From: Anaeromyxobacter sp.
GTDB lineage: Bacteria > Myxococcota > Myxococcia > Myxococcales > Anaeromyxobacteraceae
NCBI GenBank assembly: GCA_049840735.1
Contig: JASGJN010000023.1
Span: forward strand, 145,472 to 209,471
Length of the DNA: 64,000 nucleotides
Direction: 5' to 3'
Below, piece by piece: positions 34,081 through 47,606 of the stretch (the stretch's first letter is position 1; the number at the start of each line of letters is the position of its first letter). The notes under the pieces are model-generated. The model saw nothing but the letters and a program-made list of their open reading frames with translations, did not search any database and was not told the DNA's origin. The position numbers and the translations under genes are program-made.

Positions 34081-34983
34081 TCACCCACGCCCGGCGCGCG
34101 CCCGCAGCACCTCGCGCGCCACCGCGAGCAGCCGCGCCACCAGGACGGTCGGGCCGTCCGGGCGGTGCAGGGCCAGCAGCCGGGTGGTGGGGGCCGGCGC
34201 CGCCAGCGGTCGGAAGACCACGCCGGCCAGCCGCAGCGCGGCCGCGGAGGCCGGGGCCAGCGTCACGCCCACCCGCGCTGCCACCAGGGTGAGCGCCGTG
34301 GACAGCTCCTGGACCTCCTGCGCCACCGGCGGTCGGAACCCGGCCGCGCGCGGCTCGGCCTGCAGCACGTCCAGCCAGTTCGGCCGCGGCCGGCGCGGGT
34401 AGAAGACGAACGGCTCGGCGGCGAGGGAGGCCAGCGGCACCGTCCGGCGGCGGGCCAGCGGGTGGCCGTGCGGCAGCGCCGCCAGGATGGGCTCCTCCGC
34501 CAGCAGCGTGGCGGTCACGTCCTCGGTGACCGGCGGGCGGCCGATGCCCACCTGGATCCGGCCGCTGGCCAGCGCCTCCAGCTGCTCGGCGGTGGAGAGC
34601 TCCACCAGCGTCAGCTCCACGCCCGGGTGGCGCTGCCGGAAGATGCGGTAGAGCCGCGGGACGAGCGCGTAGGTGGCCGAGGCCACGAACCCCACCGCCA
34701 GCGCGCCCGACTCCCCCTGCGCCACCCGCCGCGCCTCGCGCGCGGCCTGCTCTAGGCGGTCCAGCACGGCGCGCGCGCCGGGCGCGAAGGCCCGCCCGGC
34801 CGCGGTCAGGGCCACCCGCCGGCGCGTGCGGGCGAAGAGCTCGAACCCGAGCTGCGCCTCCAGCTGCTTGATCTGCTGGCTGAGCGGCGGCTGGGACATG
34901 CGGAGCCGCTCGGCGGCGCGGCGGAAGTGGAGCTCCTCGGCCACGGCCAGGAAGTAGCGGAGGTGGCGCAGCTCGAGATCCAT
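34081..34983 (-). CDS. LysR-family transcriptional regulator
   Basis: [34 protein letters not shown]; alternative start 34989. Confidence 0.93.
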   Translation of the reverse strand: MDLELRHLRYFLAVAEELHFRRAAERLRMSQPPLSQQIKQLEAQLGFELFARTRRRVALTAAGRAFAPGARAVLDRLEQAAREARRVAQGESGALAVGFVASATYALVPRLYRIFRQRHPGVELTLVELSTAEQLEALASGRIQVGIGRPPVTEDVTATLLAEEPILAALPHGHPLARRRTVPLASLAAEPFVFYPRRPRPNWLDVLQAEPRAAGFRPPVAQEVQELSTALTLVAARVGVTLAPASAAALRLAGVVFRPLAAPAPTTRLLALHRPDGPTVLVARLLAVAREVLRARAGRG

Positions 34984-35016
34984 ACGCATAGGATATCAAA
35001 CAAGACGAATGATATA
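34982..35016. promoter_or_regulatory. LysR binding region in divergent promoter
   Basis: ATA-N9-TAT (T-N11-A box, 34982-34996) and ATATCA-N11-TGATAT in a conspicuously AT-rich patch. Confidence 0.65.
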
Positions 35017-35053
35017 TTGGACGTCCCAGGGCGCCGCGACGCATCCTCCCCCC

Positions 35054-36340
35054 ATGCCCAGCGCTGCTCGCCAGGCCCGGGACGTCCCCACCTCGGCCCT
35101 GCCGCCCCTGGCCGGCCGCTCCCCGCGGCCCGCCGCGCCGGCGCCGGCCTCGCCGCCGCCGCTGGCGCTCCTGGCCCTGGGGCTGGCCGGGCTCTGCGCC
35201 TTCCTCAACGTCTACGCCACCCAGCCGCTGCTGCCGCTCCTGCAGGCGGTGTTCGGCGTCTCCAAGGCCGCCGCGGCGCTGACCGTGAGCGCGCCCAGCG
35301 TGGCGGTGGCGCTGGTGGCGCCGTTCGCGGGCGCGCTGGCGGATCGGCTGGGGCGCAAGCGCGTGATGGTGGGGGCGCTCTTCGCGCTCTCGGTGCCCAC
35401 GCTGCTCGCCGCCACCGCCGGCAGCGTCCCGGCGCTGGTGGCCTGGCGGTTCCTGCAGGGCCTGACGGTGCCGGGCGTGTACGCGGTGGGCATCGCCTAC
35501 GCCGCCTCGGAGTGGCAGGGGGCCGGCGTGGGGAAGGCCATGGCGGCGCTGGTCACCGGCAACGTGGTGGGCGGGTTCCTGGGGCGGACCCTCTCCGGCC
35601 TGGCGGCGGAGCGGTGGGGCTGGCCGGCCGCCTTCCTGGCGCTGGGCCTGCTCACGCTGGCGGGCGCCGCGGCCTGCGCGCGGCTCCTGCCAGCCCCGGC
35701 CCGCGCCCCCGCCCGCCGGCTGGCGCCGCTGGCCGCGTTCGCCGGGCTGGCGCGGCGGCTGCCGGAGCGCCGGCTGCGCTCGACGCTGGCGGTGGGGTTC
35801 GCGGTGCTGCTCACCCAGACCGCGACCTTCACCTACGTCACCTTCCACCTGGCCGGCCCGCACTTCCAGCTCGGCACCGCCGCGCTGAGCGGCATCTTCG
35901 CCGTCTACCTGGCCGGCGCGGCGGTCACGCCGCCGGCGGGGGCGCTCATCGACCGGCTGGGGCCGCGCGCCGTGCTGGTGGCCAGCGCCGGGGTGGGGCT
36001 CGCGGGGAGCGCGCTCCTGCTGGCGCCGGCGCTCCCTGCCGTGCTGGGCGGGCTCACGCTGGTCTGCACCGCCAACTTCGCGGCGCAGGCTGCCGCCACC
36101 ACCTTCCTGCCCACCGCCGCGCCGCCCGAGCTGCGGTCCGTCGCCAGCGGGCTCTACCTGTCCTGCTACTACCTGGGCGGCGCCGTGGGCGGCGTGCTCC
36201 CGGCGCTGGCCTGGCGGGCCGGGGGCTGGACCGCCTGCGTGGCGCTGGTGGCGCTGGTGCAGGCGGCCGCGGCGGCGGTGGCGCTGCGCGGGTGGAGGGC
36301 GCCGCGCGTGACCGGGGTGCGGGTCGTGGAGCTGGGCTAG
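35054..36340 (+). CDS. MFS transporter (YnfM-like)
   Basis: [24 protein letters not shown], about 12 hydrophobic segments, [10 protein letters not shown]. Confidence 0.9.
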   Translation: MPSAARQARDVPTSALPPLAGRSPRPAAPAPASPPPLALLALGLAGLCAFLNVYATQPLLPLLQAVFGVSKAAAALTVSAPSVAVALVAPFAGALADRLGRKRVMVGALFALSVPTLLAATAGSVPALVAWRFLQGLTVPGVYAVGIAYAASEWQGAGVGKAMAALVTGNVVGGFLGRTLSGLAAERWGWPAAFLALGLLTLAGAAACARLLPAPARAPARRLAPLAAFAGLARRLPERRLRSTLAVGFAVLLTQTATFTYVTFHLAGPHFQLGTAALSGIFAVYLAGAAVTPPAGALIDRLGPRAVLVASAGVGLAGSALLLAPALPAVLGGLTLVCTANFAAQAAATTFLPTAAPPELRSVASGLYLSCYYLGGAVGGVLPALAWRAGGWTACVALVALVQAAAAAVALRGWRAPRVTGVRVVELG

Positions 36341-37111
36341 CCGGCGTGCGCGGCCGACGCCAGCTCCTCGGCGGGCACCGCGCGCAGGATCCGGAAGTCG
36401 AGGATGGACGGGATCGCCGGCGCCACGTCGATGGGGCGCTGGCTGTGGTCGGTGTCGAGGTCGATCACCCGCGCCTGCGGCCAGGCGCGGGCGTAGCCGT
36501 TGGCGTGGGCCGGCTCGTTGTCGAAGGCGGCCACCACCCGTCCCAGCCCGTCGATGGCCCCGCAGGCCTGGTCCTTCCAGGCGTCGTCGGTCAGCTCGGG
36601 CGTGGGCTTGAGCAGCAGGTGGGCGCGGCGGCCGTCGGGGTAGGGGAAGCCGTGGCGGGTGAGGACGTCGCGCGTGCCCACCTCCATCCGCGGCGGCCGG
36701 CCGGTCACGTAGGCCACCTGCGCCCCGCTGGCGGCCACCAGGGTCACGAACTCCGGCGCGCCCGGCAGCGGCACGTCGTGGCGGCAGTAGATGGTCGTGT
36801 AGAACCAGTCGCTCCAGAAGCGGCGCGCCGGCCCGCGGTGCGCGGCGATCTGCTCGGCCGTCAGCCCGGCGTTGGCCAGGGCCACCTCCAGCGACCAGCC
36901 CTGCCAGTGCTCCGGCCGCGCCTCCAGCAGCGCCGGCACCCCCGCCAGCCGGCCGTAGTCCTGGAGGATCCGGGCCTGCCGCGGGCGGTTGTCGAGCAGC
37001 GTGGAGTCGAGAATCGAAGACCACCACGCCGGAGCGGCCCGCGCCCCGGGCCCGGGTCAGGATGTCGAGGAGCAGGCTGGCCTGTTCGGATGGGCGGGCG
37101 CGGCGGTGCAC
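36337..37111 (-). CDS. HAD-superfamily hydrolase (frameshift at about 37012)
   Basis: Corrected [13 protein letters not shown] motif I, YVTGR, LLKP, FDNEP. Confidence 0.8.
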
Positions 37112-37229
37112 ACCTGTGGGTTAAGGCGGGGCGAGCCGCGCGGAAACGCCCGTTCCGGGATTTCGCGCCCCGGGTCCGCGGTACACGTCCCGGGGGACCC
37201 GCGCCTTGGGGACCCGGGGCTTCTCGGGT

Positions 37230-38213
37230 ATGTTGAAGGGCCCCGTGGCCGAGCGCTCCAAGATCCTGGTCGTCGACGACTCGCGCACCCAGCTCGACTG
37301 GCTGGTGGCCGTGCTCGAGCGCGAGGGGTTCGACGTGCGGACCGCCATGGACGGCAAGGACGCCATCCGCAAGGTGCGCGCCGAGCCGCCGGACCTGGTG
37401 CTGCTGGACATGATCCTGCCCGACATGGACGGGCTGGAGGTCCTCCGCATCATCAAGGCGCGCCCCGACGACCAGTTCATCCCGGTGATCATCCTGTCGG
37501 TGAAGTCCGACCTGGACTCGAAGGTCACCGGCCTGCGCATCGGCGCCGACGACTTCCTGGCCAAGCCCTTCGCGGAGGCGGAGATCCTGGCCCGCTGCGC
37601 GGCCATGCTGCGCATCAAGGTGCTGCAGGACCAGCTCCGGCTCACGCAGCAGAAGCTGACCGAGCAGGCCACCACCGACGAGCTCACCAGCCTCAAGAAC
37701 CGGCGCGCCTTCGACGAGCGGCTCAACGAGGAGTTCCGGCGCGCCCAGCGCTACGCCGACCCCGTGTCGCTCATCATGGTGGACCTCGACCACTTCAAGC
37801 AGGTGAACGACCGGTTCGGCCACCCGTTCGGCGACGTGGTGCTGCGCGGCGCGGCCGAGCAGATCCGGGCCTCCACCCGCGACCCGGACATCTGCGCCCG
37901 CTACGGCGGCGAGGAGTTCGCCGTCATCCTGCCCAAGACGCACCTCTCCGGCGCGCTGGCGGTGGCGGAGCGGATCTGGAAGGCGCTGGGGGCGCGCGAG
38001 TTCCCGCTGCCGCCGGCCGCCCCGGGCGCGCCCGGGCTGCTCAAGGTCACGGCGTCGATCGGGATCGCCTTCTACCCGTCGAAGGACATCACCTCGCCCG
38101 AGCTCCTGCTGCGCTTCGCCGACGAGGCGCTGTACCAGGCCAAGCGGGCCGGCCGGAACACCATCTGCCTCTACCAGGCGCAGGCCTACCGGTACGAGGC
38201 GGACGAGCGGTAG
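37230..38213 (+). CDS. Response-regulator diguanylate cyclase (REC-GGDEF)
   Basis: ILVVDDS/LLDMILP receiver; DLDHFKQVND, RDPD I-site, RYGGEEF. Confidence 0.92.
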   Translation: MLKGPVAERSKILVVDDSRTQLDWLVAVLEREGFDVRTAMDGKDAIRKVRAEPPDLVLLDMILPDMDGLEVLRIIKARPDDQFIPVIILSVKSDLDSKVTGLRIGADDFLAKPFAEAEILARCAAMLRIKVLQDQLRLTQQKLTEQATTDELTSLKNRRAFDERLNEEFRRAQRYADPVSLIMVDLDHFKQVNDRFGHPFGDVVLRGAAEQIRASTRDPDICARYGGEEFAVILPKTHLSGALAVAERIWKALGAREFPLPPAAPGAPGLLKVTASIGIAFYPSKDITSPELLLRFADEALYQAKRAGRNTICLYQAQAYRYEADER

Positions 38214-38483
38214 GCGGTCCTCCTCCCGGTCGTCCCTCGGCTCCGCCGAGCCCCGCCGAAGGGCCCAGGCTGACCTGTCGCCTGCTCCCCCGCCCGGCTC
38301 ACCGTCTCTCCCTCCCTGGACTGCGACGCTCGTCCGCAGGGGCCCTCGCACGGGGTCCGGGAGGGTGCTAGAACACCCGGAGCGGATGGGCACCCGGCCC
38401 CTGGGTCGGGCAACCCGCTGGAAAGACGGGCCCCCGGGTCCTCCCGGACTGGATCGCACCATGCACATGCGGGGGCCGCCGGC

Positions 38484-40029
<1,546 letters not shown>

Positions 40030-40059
40030 GCTGCTGTTTCAGGAAGGAGACGAAGCACC

Positions 40060-41534
<1,475 letters not shown>

Positions 41535-41554
41535 CCTGGGAGCCTCCGGAGCAC

Positions 41555-41594
41555 ACGGGCCGGTCCGCTCGAGGCGGGCCGGCCCGTTCTCGTT
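41555..41594 (+). terminator. Rho-independent terminator
   Basis: ACGGGCCGGTCCGC-TCGAG-GCGGGCCGGCCCGT followed by TCTCGTT. Confidence 0.6.
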
Positions 41595-41658
41595 GGTGCC
41601 GGCCATGGCTCGTGCGGGGTGCGTTGCGGATCCGCCGGGCTGCGGTTATACCTCTAGT

Positions 41659-41897
41659 ATGAAAACGGCCATCTCCCTCCCGGACGCGATCTTTCGCGAA
41701 GCCGAGCGGCTCGCGAAGCGGCTCAAGAAGTCGCGGAGCGAGCTCTACAAGGAGGCGGTGGCGGAGTACGTCGCACGCCACGAGCCGGAAGCGGTCACGG
41801 AGGCGCTGGACCGGGTGGCGAAGCAGCTCGATACCCGAATCGGACGCGTTCGCCGCCGCCGCTGCGCGCCGCTCGCTGGAGCGCTCCGAGTGGGTGA
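41659..41897 (+). CDS. Ribbon-helix-helix antitoxin (MazE/ChpI-like); frameshift at about 41838, 3' end uncertain
   Basis: MKTAISLPDAIFREAERLAKRLKKSRSELY; directly upstream of toxin; ATAC-N5-GTAT palindrome at start. Confidence 0.8.
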
Positions 41898-42235
41898 TCG
41901 CCCAGGGTGACGTCTGCTGGGCCGACCTCCCGGACCCGGTGGGCTCCGGGCCGGGGTTCCGGAGGCCGGTCCTGGTCGTCCAGGGGGACGCCTTCAACCG
42001 GAGCCGGGTGGCAACGGTCGTCTGCGTGCCGCTCACGAGCAATCTCAAGTGGTCCGAGGCTCCCGGAAACGTGGAGCTTCCAGCCAGGAGCACGGGGCTG
42101 TCGAAGGACTCGGTGGCGAACGTTTCCCGAATCGTCACCCTCGACCGGGAAGTCCTCACGGAGCGGGTGGGGCGGGTCTCGAGGAAGCAGCTCGAGCTGG
42201 TGTTCGCTGGGCTCGACCTCGTCATGGGGCGGTGA
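41894..42235 (+). CDS. mazF: MazF/PemK-family endoribonuclease toxin
   Basis: GDVCWADL.DPVGS.PG.RRPVLVVQ.D.FN, VPLTSN, TGL.KDSV. Confidence 0.9.
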   Translation: MIAQGDVCWADLPDPVGSGPGFRRPVLVVQGDAFNRSRVATVVCVPLTSNLKWSEAPGNVELPARSTGLSKDSVANVSRIVTLDREVLTERVGRVSRKQLELVFAGLDLVMGR

Positions 42236-42350
42236 GGATGGGGAGGGCGCGGTCCGGTGCAGCACCTCCTTGCGACGAGGCGGCGCGCTGTCGGGCCGCG
42301 GGGGATGCGAAGCCGTTGCCGCCGAGAACGGTCCCGTCTACCCTGGGTCA

Positions 42351-42968
42351 ATGGTCCAGGAGTTCTCGCCGTCCACCAAGCGTGTCATCCGGTTGGTCTT
42401 GGTCCTCACCCTGGTCGCAGGTCTCGCCATGCTCGGGGTCGCGGCGCGCACGCCGGCCGCGCCCATCGCGCTCTGGGTGTTTGGAGGACTGGGCGTGGTG
42501 CTCGGGGGAGGTTTCGTCGTCCAGTGGATCCGCTTCAGGATCCGCTTCCCGACGCCCGAGGCGCGGGAGGCCGAGAAGCAGCGGTTCCGGGACGCCAACC
42601 GCCCCAAGGTCGAACGGCTCGAGCGCTACCTCCTGGCCTTGCGCGCGGTGGACGACAAGCGGGCCATCCTCGGGGCAGGCTTCGAGTCGACGGCGATCGT
42701 CACGTTGATGGCGGACGCGGAGTCGAACGCCGAGTTCCCGGCCCTCGTCTACCTCGAGCTGTCCGTCGCCGGCCAGGAGGGCGCCCGCTACACCGTGCGG
42801 ACGGGCGAGTACCTGACCCCGGCGTCGGTGGGGGCCGTCGCGCCGGGGCGGGAGCTGGTGGTGAAGGTCGATCCGCAGGACCCCGCGCGCGTCGCGGTGG
42901 ACTGGGCTGCCTCGCTCCGCCTGCGCGAGCCCGCCGCGGGGCAGGTGTCGTGCCCGCTGCCGGGGTGA
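42351..42968 (+). CDS. Hypothetical membrane protein (2 TM plus beta-rich domain)
   Basis: Two hydrophobic segments, C-terminal PGRELVVKVDPQDP..VAVDW motif. Confidence 0.6.
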   Translation: MVQEFSPSTKRVIRLVLVLTLVAGLAMLGVAARTPAAPIALWVFGGLGVVLGGGFVVQWIRFRIRFPTPEAREAEKQRFRDANRPKVERLERYLLALRAVDDKRAILGAGFESTAIVTLMADAESNAEFPALVYLELSVAGQEGARYTVRTGEYLTPASVGAVAPGRELVVKVDPQDPARVAVDWAASLRLREPAAGQVSCPLPG

Positions 42969-42991
42969 AGGAAGCTGGAGCGTCCGTTCGA

Positions 42992-43771
42992 TCAGAACAG
43001 CGTGTCCGCCAGCTTGGCCGACCCGGTGGCCTTCTCTGTGGTGAGCCGGAGCAGCAGGGCGTCCGCCTGCCAGACCTCGGCGGCGCGGGGGAACCAGTCG
43101 CCGCCGGTGGGCGCGCCCCAGCCCAGGAAGCGCGTGTCGAGCAGCGCGCCGCCTTCCGTGGCCACGAGGCGCATGGGCTGGCCGGCCAGCTTCTCGGTCT
43201 TCTCGATGAAGGCCAGCGGGTGCGGCTCCTTCTCGCGGCCGCCCAGCACCCAGGCCAGCTTGCCGTCGAAGCGGCCCAGCGTGACGTCCGCCACCCTCAC
43301 CCCGCGCCGGCCCAGGGCCGCGGCGTAGGTGCCCGAGGCGTCGCCCGCGGTGGAGGTCGCGAGGAAGGTGCAGGCGGCGCGGAGCAGCGCCGTGGCGGCT
43401 GGGATGCCGTCCAGGCCGCCCTTGGCGGAGAGCTTGCCGTCGCGCAGCGAGACGAAGGGGCGGTCCGCCTCGGCCACGCCCGGCGGCGCCAGCTCCAGCC
43501 GGCAGCGGCCGGGGACCTTCATGAGGAAGCGGGCCGGGACGCTCACCGTCCCGGCCGGCGTGCGCGTCAGCGTGGAGGGGAGCTTCTCCGCCGCGGCGCC
43601 CTGCGCCTCCAGCGTGCCGTTCACCTCCAGCACCTCCACGCCGGCGGCGGCGCGCCGCTCGCCCATGGCCTTCAGGATCGTCGAGGCGGGCGGGATGTAG
43701 GCCAGCGCGGGGGGCGCGGCCAGGAGCGCGGCGGCGAGGGAGAGGCGGCGCAGGGTGCGGGAAGGGCTCAT
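42992..43771 (-). CDS. Exported hypothetical protein (possibly LolA-like fold)
   Basis: Signal peptide ending ALA, MKVPGRCRLE, WFPR motifs; fold call tentative. Confidence 0.65.
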   Translation of the reverse strand: MSPSRTLRRLSLAAALLAAPPALAYIPPASTILKAMGERRAAAGVEVLEVNGTLEAQGAAAEKLPSTLTRTPAGTVSVPARFLMKVPGRCRLELAPPGVAEADRPFVSLRDGKLSAKGGLDGIPAATALLRAACTFLATSTAGDASGTYAAALGRRGVRVADVTLGRFDGKLAWVLGGREKEPHPLAFIEKTEKLAGQPMRLVATEGGALLDTRFLGWGAPTGGDWFPRAAEVWQADALLLRLTTEKATGSAKLADTLF

Positions 43772-43894
43772 GGGAGCGCCAGCCTAGCCGCGGGGGCCAG
43801 GGCTGCAAAGCGATTCGACCGGGTCCCCGGCCCGGCGCTCCCGCGCCGGGTCGCCTTCCTTGCCCGGGGGGCAGGCGGCCCGTATCCTCGCGAG

Positions 43895-44779
43895 GTGCGC
43901 ACCCTCCTGACCTGCCTGCTCGCAGGCCTGCTGCTCCCGGCCGCGGCGCTGGCCGCCGACGTCGTCCCGCCGCCCCTCGGCATCCCGGAGCTCAACGGGC
44001 CCCGCAGCCTGGCCCTGTCCGCCAGCGTGGGCCTGGCCGGCGGGCTGGAGTCGCTGGCGTCCAACCCCGGCGCCCTGGCCGCGCGGCGGCGCTACGTCGG
44101 GAGCGCGCTCTACCTGAGCGACCTGCGTCCCACGCCCACCGGCGGCGAGGACCCCGACGGCCAGTACTTCGGCGGCGGCGTGCTCGACTCCGTCTCCACG
44201 CCCATGGCCGTGGGGGTGAACTACCTCCGCGCGCAGCAGGGGATCTACGAGGGGAACATCTACGCCATGGGGTTCGCCCTGCCGATGGCGAACCAGCTCT
44301 ACGTGGGCGTGGGCGGGCGTTACCTCCAGCTCGACGGGCCGGAGAAGATCCGCAACTGGACCGCCGACGCCGGCGCGTTCTGGCAGGTCACGCAGCACGT
44401 CACGCTGGGCGGCGCCGCCTACAACGTGCTCTCCACCTACCACGACGCCACCACCCCGCGCGGCTACGGCGCCGGCCTCACCGTCGGCTCCGAGCAGTTC
44501 ATCCAGCTCACCGGCGACTGGCGCTCGCAGGAGCTGGACGACGGCACGCACAACCAGCTCGGCGGCGGCCTGGAGCTCCTGCTCGGCAACGCCTACGTGT
44601 TCCGCGGCGGTTACCGCCACGACGACGTCGGCCCCGCGCCCACCCAGCAGTTCTGGTCGGCCGGCGTCGGCTTCGTGACCCAGGCGTTCGCGCTCGACGC
44701 CGGCTACCGGCAGAGCCTCGACGTCTCCGCCGCGAAGACCTTCACGGTGCAGCTGCGCGGGTTCCTCCCGAACGAGTAG
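43895..44779 (+). CDS. Outer-membrane beta-barrel protein
   Basis: Signal peptide, GPRSLAL..., SNPGAL, alternating aromatic beta strands; 3' part of ORF 42257..44779. Confidence 0.7.
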   Translation: MRTLLTCLLAGLLLPAAALAADVVPPPLGIPELNGPRSLALSASVGLAGGLESLASNPGALAARRRYVGSALYLSDLRPTPTGGEDPDGQYFGGGVLDSVSTPMAVGVNYLRAQQGIYEGNIYAMGFALPMANQLYVGVGGRYLQLDGPEKIRNWTADAGAFWQVTQHVTLGGAAYNVLSTYHDATTPRGYGAGLTVGSEQFIQLTGDWRSQELDDGTHNQLGGGLELLLGNAYVFRGGYRHDDVGPAPTQQFWSAGVGFVTQAFALDAGYRQSLDVSAAKTFTVQLRGFLPNE

Positions 44780-45598
44780 CTAGCGCCGCTCCAGGCTCGG
44801 GAACACCACCGCCGCGCCCGTGGCGGCGTTCTCGCCGCGCCACACCGGGATGCCCCACACCTGCTGCACCCGCTCGGCGGTGAGCACCTCCCCCGGCGCG
44901 CCCTCGGCCACCACCTGGCCGTCGGCCATCACCACCACGCGGTCGCAGGCGGCCGCGGCCAGGTTCAGGTCGTGCAGCACCGCCAGCACGCACAGGCCGC
45001 CGCGCGCCGCCACCTGGGCCATGCGCATGGCCGCCACCTGGTGGCCCAGGTCGAGGAAGGCGGTGGGCTCGTCCAGCAGCAGCACCCGCGGCTCCTGCGC
45101 CAGGGCGCGGGCGAAGAAGACGCGGCGCCGCTCGCCGCCCGAGAGCGCGTCCAGCCTGCGGTCGGCCAGGTGGGCCAGGTCGCAGGCCTGGAGCGCCCCC
45201 TGCACCGCCCCCAGGTCGAGCCGGTCGGGCACCGCCAGCAGCCCCTGGTGCGGGGCCCGACCCATCATCACCGCCTCACGGACGGTGAACGGCCAGGAGA
45301 CCCGCGGCTCCTGCGGCACCAGCGCCAGCACCTGGGCCACGGTGCGGCGCGAGGTGTGCGCCGGGTCGAGGCCGGCCAGGCGGACCGTGCCGGCCGAGGG
45401 CGCCAGCAGGCCGGCCACCAGCCGGATCAGCGTGGACTTGCCGGCGCCGTTGGGGCCCAAGAGCCCCACGAACTCGCCGGCCCGCGCGGTGAGGGAGGCC
45501 TCGCGCAGCGCGTGGGTGGCGCCGTAGCGGAAGGAGGCCCCCTGCACCGAGACGATGGGGTCGGGCCAGGGCGGGCCGGGCAGCCGGTGCGGGCTCAC
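44780..45598 (-). CDS. ABC transporter ATP-binding protein (cobalamin/Fe-siderophore family, BtuD-like)
   Basis: GPNGAGKST, LSGGERRR, LLLDEPT, VLHDLN. Confidence 0.9.
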   Translation of the reverse strand: MSPHRLPGPPWPDPIVSVQGASFRYGATHALREASLTARAGEFVGLLGPNGAGKSTLIRLVAGLLAPSAGTVRLAGLDPAHTSRRTVAQVLALVPQEPRVSWPFTVREAVMMGRAPHQGLLAVPDRLDLGAVQGALQACDLAHLADRRLDALSGGERRRVFFARALAQEPRVLLLDEPTAFLDLGHQVAAMRMAQVAARGGLCVLAVLHDLNLAAAACDRVVVMADGQVVAEGAPGEVLTAERVQQVWGIPVWRGENAATGAAVVFPSLERR

Positions 45599-46638
45599 GC
45601 GCTCCCCTCCGCGTCCGGCCGGGCCGTGCGGCGCAGCAGCCAGAGGAAGAACGGGCCGCCCAGGAAGGCGGTCACCGCGCCCACCGGCGGCTCGGTGCCG
45701 AGCGGCAGGAAGAGCAGCCGGGCCACGGCGTCGGCCAGCACCAGGAAGGCGGCGCCGAAGAGGGCCGAGGCGGGCACCAGCAGCCGGTGGTCCGGGCCCA
45801 CCACGCGCCGCACCAGGTGCGGCACGATCAGGCCCACGAAGCCCACCATGCCGGCCAGCGCCACCGCCGCGCCGGTGGCGGCGCTGGCGGCGAAGAAGAC
45901 CCAGGCGCGCGCCCGGCGCACGTCCAGCCCCAGCGAGGCGGCCTCCTCCTCGCCCAGCGTGAGCAGGTTGAGCTGCGCCGAGAGGAGCGTGAGCGCGCCG
46001 GCCGAGAGCCCCACCAGCACCGCGCCGGCGGCCAGGGTCCCCGGCGTCTCGTAGCCCACCACCCCCAGCAGCCAGTAGGTGAGCCGGGCCGCCTGCTCCG
46101 GCGGGGCCAGCATCCGCAGCAGCGTGATCACGCCGGCGGCGAAGGCGTTGAAGACGATGCCGACCAGCAGCGCCGCCTCCGGCACCAGCCGGCCGGCGAT
46201 GCGCCCCAGGCCGAAGACCAGGCCCGTCGAGGCCACGGCGCCCACCACCGCGCCCAGCGCCACCGGGGGGGCCGAGCCCAGCACCGCGCCGGCGCCGCCG
46301 GCCAGCGTGGCCAGCCCGGCCGCGGCCACCAGCACCATCGCTCCGCCCAGCGCGGCGCCGCCCGAGACCCCCAGCACGAACGGCTCGGCCAGCGGGTTGC
46401 GCAGGAGCGCCTGCAGCGCCGTCCCGGCGGCGGAGAGCGCGCAGCCGACCAGCGCGGCCAGCACCGCCCGCGGCAGGCGCAGCCCCCAGAGGATGGCCGC
46501 GTCCGGATCGACGCCGCGGAACGCCGCGGCCAGCGAGATGGGCTGCGGGCCGAGCGCGCAGGAGATGGCCAGCGCCACCGCCACCGCGGCGAGGCCGGCG
46601 GCCACCGCCAGGGCCAGGCGCGTCCGCCGGAACCTCAC
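45595..46638 (-). CDS. ABC transporter permease (FecCD/BtuC family)
   Basis: LRLPRA, LLRNPLAEPFVLGVSGGA, LGEEEAASLG, GFVGLIVPH, GGPFFLWLL. Confidence 0.9.
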   Translation of the reverse strand: MRFRRTRLALAVAAGLAAVAVALAISCALGPQPISLAAAFRGVDPDAAILWGLRLPRAVLAALVGCALSAAGTALQALLRNPLAEPFVLGVSGGAALGGAMVLVAAAGLATLAGGAGAVLGSAPPVALGAVVGAVASTGLVFGLGRIAGRLVPEAALLVGIVFNAFAAGVITLLRMLAPPEQAARLTYWLLGVVGYETPGTLAAGAVLVGLSAGALTLLSAQLNLLTLGEEEAASLGLDVRRARAWVFFAASAATGAAVALAGMVGFVGLIVPHLVRRVVGPDHRLLVPASALFGAAFLVLADAVARLLFLPLGTEPPVGAVTAFLGGPFFLWLLRRTARPDAEGSA

Positions 46639-47606
46639 CGCTTCGCCTCCGGGTGGAGCGCCTCGAAGAGCGGCTCGAGCGCGCGGATCATGCGCGGCCC
46701 GGGCCGCAGCAGGTCGTCGCTGCGCAGCTGGATCAGGTGGCCGCGCCGGATCGCCGGGATGGCGGAGAGCCGCTTGATCCCTTCCTTCGGCTCGCGCGCC
46801 GCGCCGTCCACCACCACGTCCGGCGAGGCCGCCACCGCGGCCTCCAGCGGGTAGACCGGCCAGGGGCGGCTGCCGCCCACCACGTTGCTGCACCCGGCGA
46901 TGCGCAAGAGCTCGTCCGGGAAGGACCGGGGCCCGGCCACCACCAGCGGCTCGCGCCCCACCACGAAGAGCACCCGCTTCGACGGCAGCCCGCGGGCGCG
47001 GGTGCGCACCCGCTCCACCGCCGCCGCCAGCTCCCCGGAGAGCTTCTTCCCGGCCTCGGGCGCGCCCAGCGCCTCGCCGATGACCCGCGGCGTGGCCAGC
47101 ACGTCGGCGATGGTCACGACGTCCAGCGCCACCACCGGGAACGGGCGGGAGGAGGCGGCGGAGAGCTGGGCCAGCCGGCGCACCGCCGGCAGGGCCGCGC
47201 CGTCGGTGATCCAGAGGACCATGTCCGGCTCGAGGCCGAGGATCACCTCCGGGTTGGGATCGATGAAGCCGCCCACGCGAGGCAGCCTGGCCACCTCGGG
47301 CGCGTCGTCGAGCGTGGTCACGCCCACCAGCCGGTCCCCCAGCCCCAGGGCCAGCACCACGTCGGTGAGGCTGGGGGCCAGGACGACCACCCGCTTCGGC
47401 GGCGAGGTCGGGTGCGGGCCGGCCCAGAGCGGGCCGCCCTCGGCCAGCGACTTGCCGGTCGGGGCGAGCACGTCCGCGCCGGCCGGCCCCGCCGCGGCGA
47501 GCGCGGCGGCGAGGCAGGCCAGGGCGATGGCGCGTAGCAGGGGTGGGGCCCCGACGTCCTTCGGCAGGCTCAGGACGGCGGGGCGGGGGTGCAACCCCCG
47601 CTTCAT
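46635..47606 (-). CDS. Periplasmic cobalamin-binding protein (BtuF-like)
   Basis: RVVVLAPSLTD, VGGFIDPNPE.I..L.PD, LLRPGPR; ATGA overlap with upstream gene. Confidence 0.85.
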   Translation of the reverse strand: MKRGLHPRPAVLSLPKDVGAPPLLRAIALACLAAALAAAGPAGADVLAPTGKSLAEGGPLWAGPHPTSPPKRVVVLAPSLTDVVLALGLGDRLVGVTTLDDAPEVARLPRVGGFIDPNPEVILGLEPDMVLWITDGAALPAVRRLAQLSAASSRPFPVVALDVVTIADVLATPRVIGEALGAPEAGKKLSGELAAAVERVRTRARGLPSKRVLFVVGREPLVVAGPRSFPDELLRIAGCSNVVGGSRPWPVYPLEAAVAASPDVVVDGAAREPKEGIKRLSAIPAIRRGHLIQLRSDDLLRPGPRMIRALEPLFEALHPEAKR

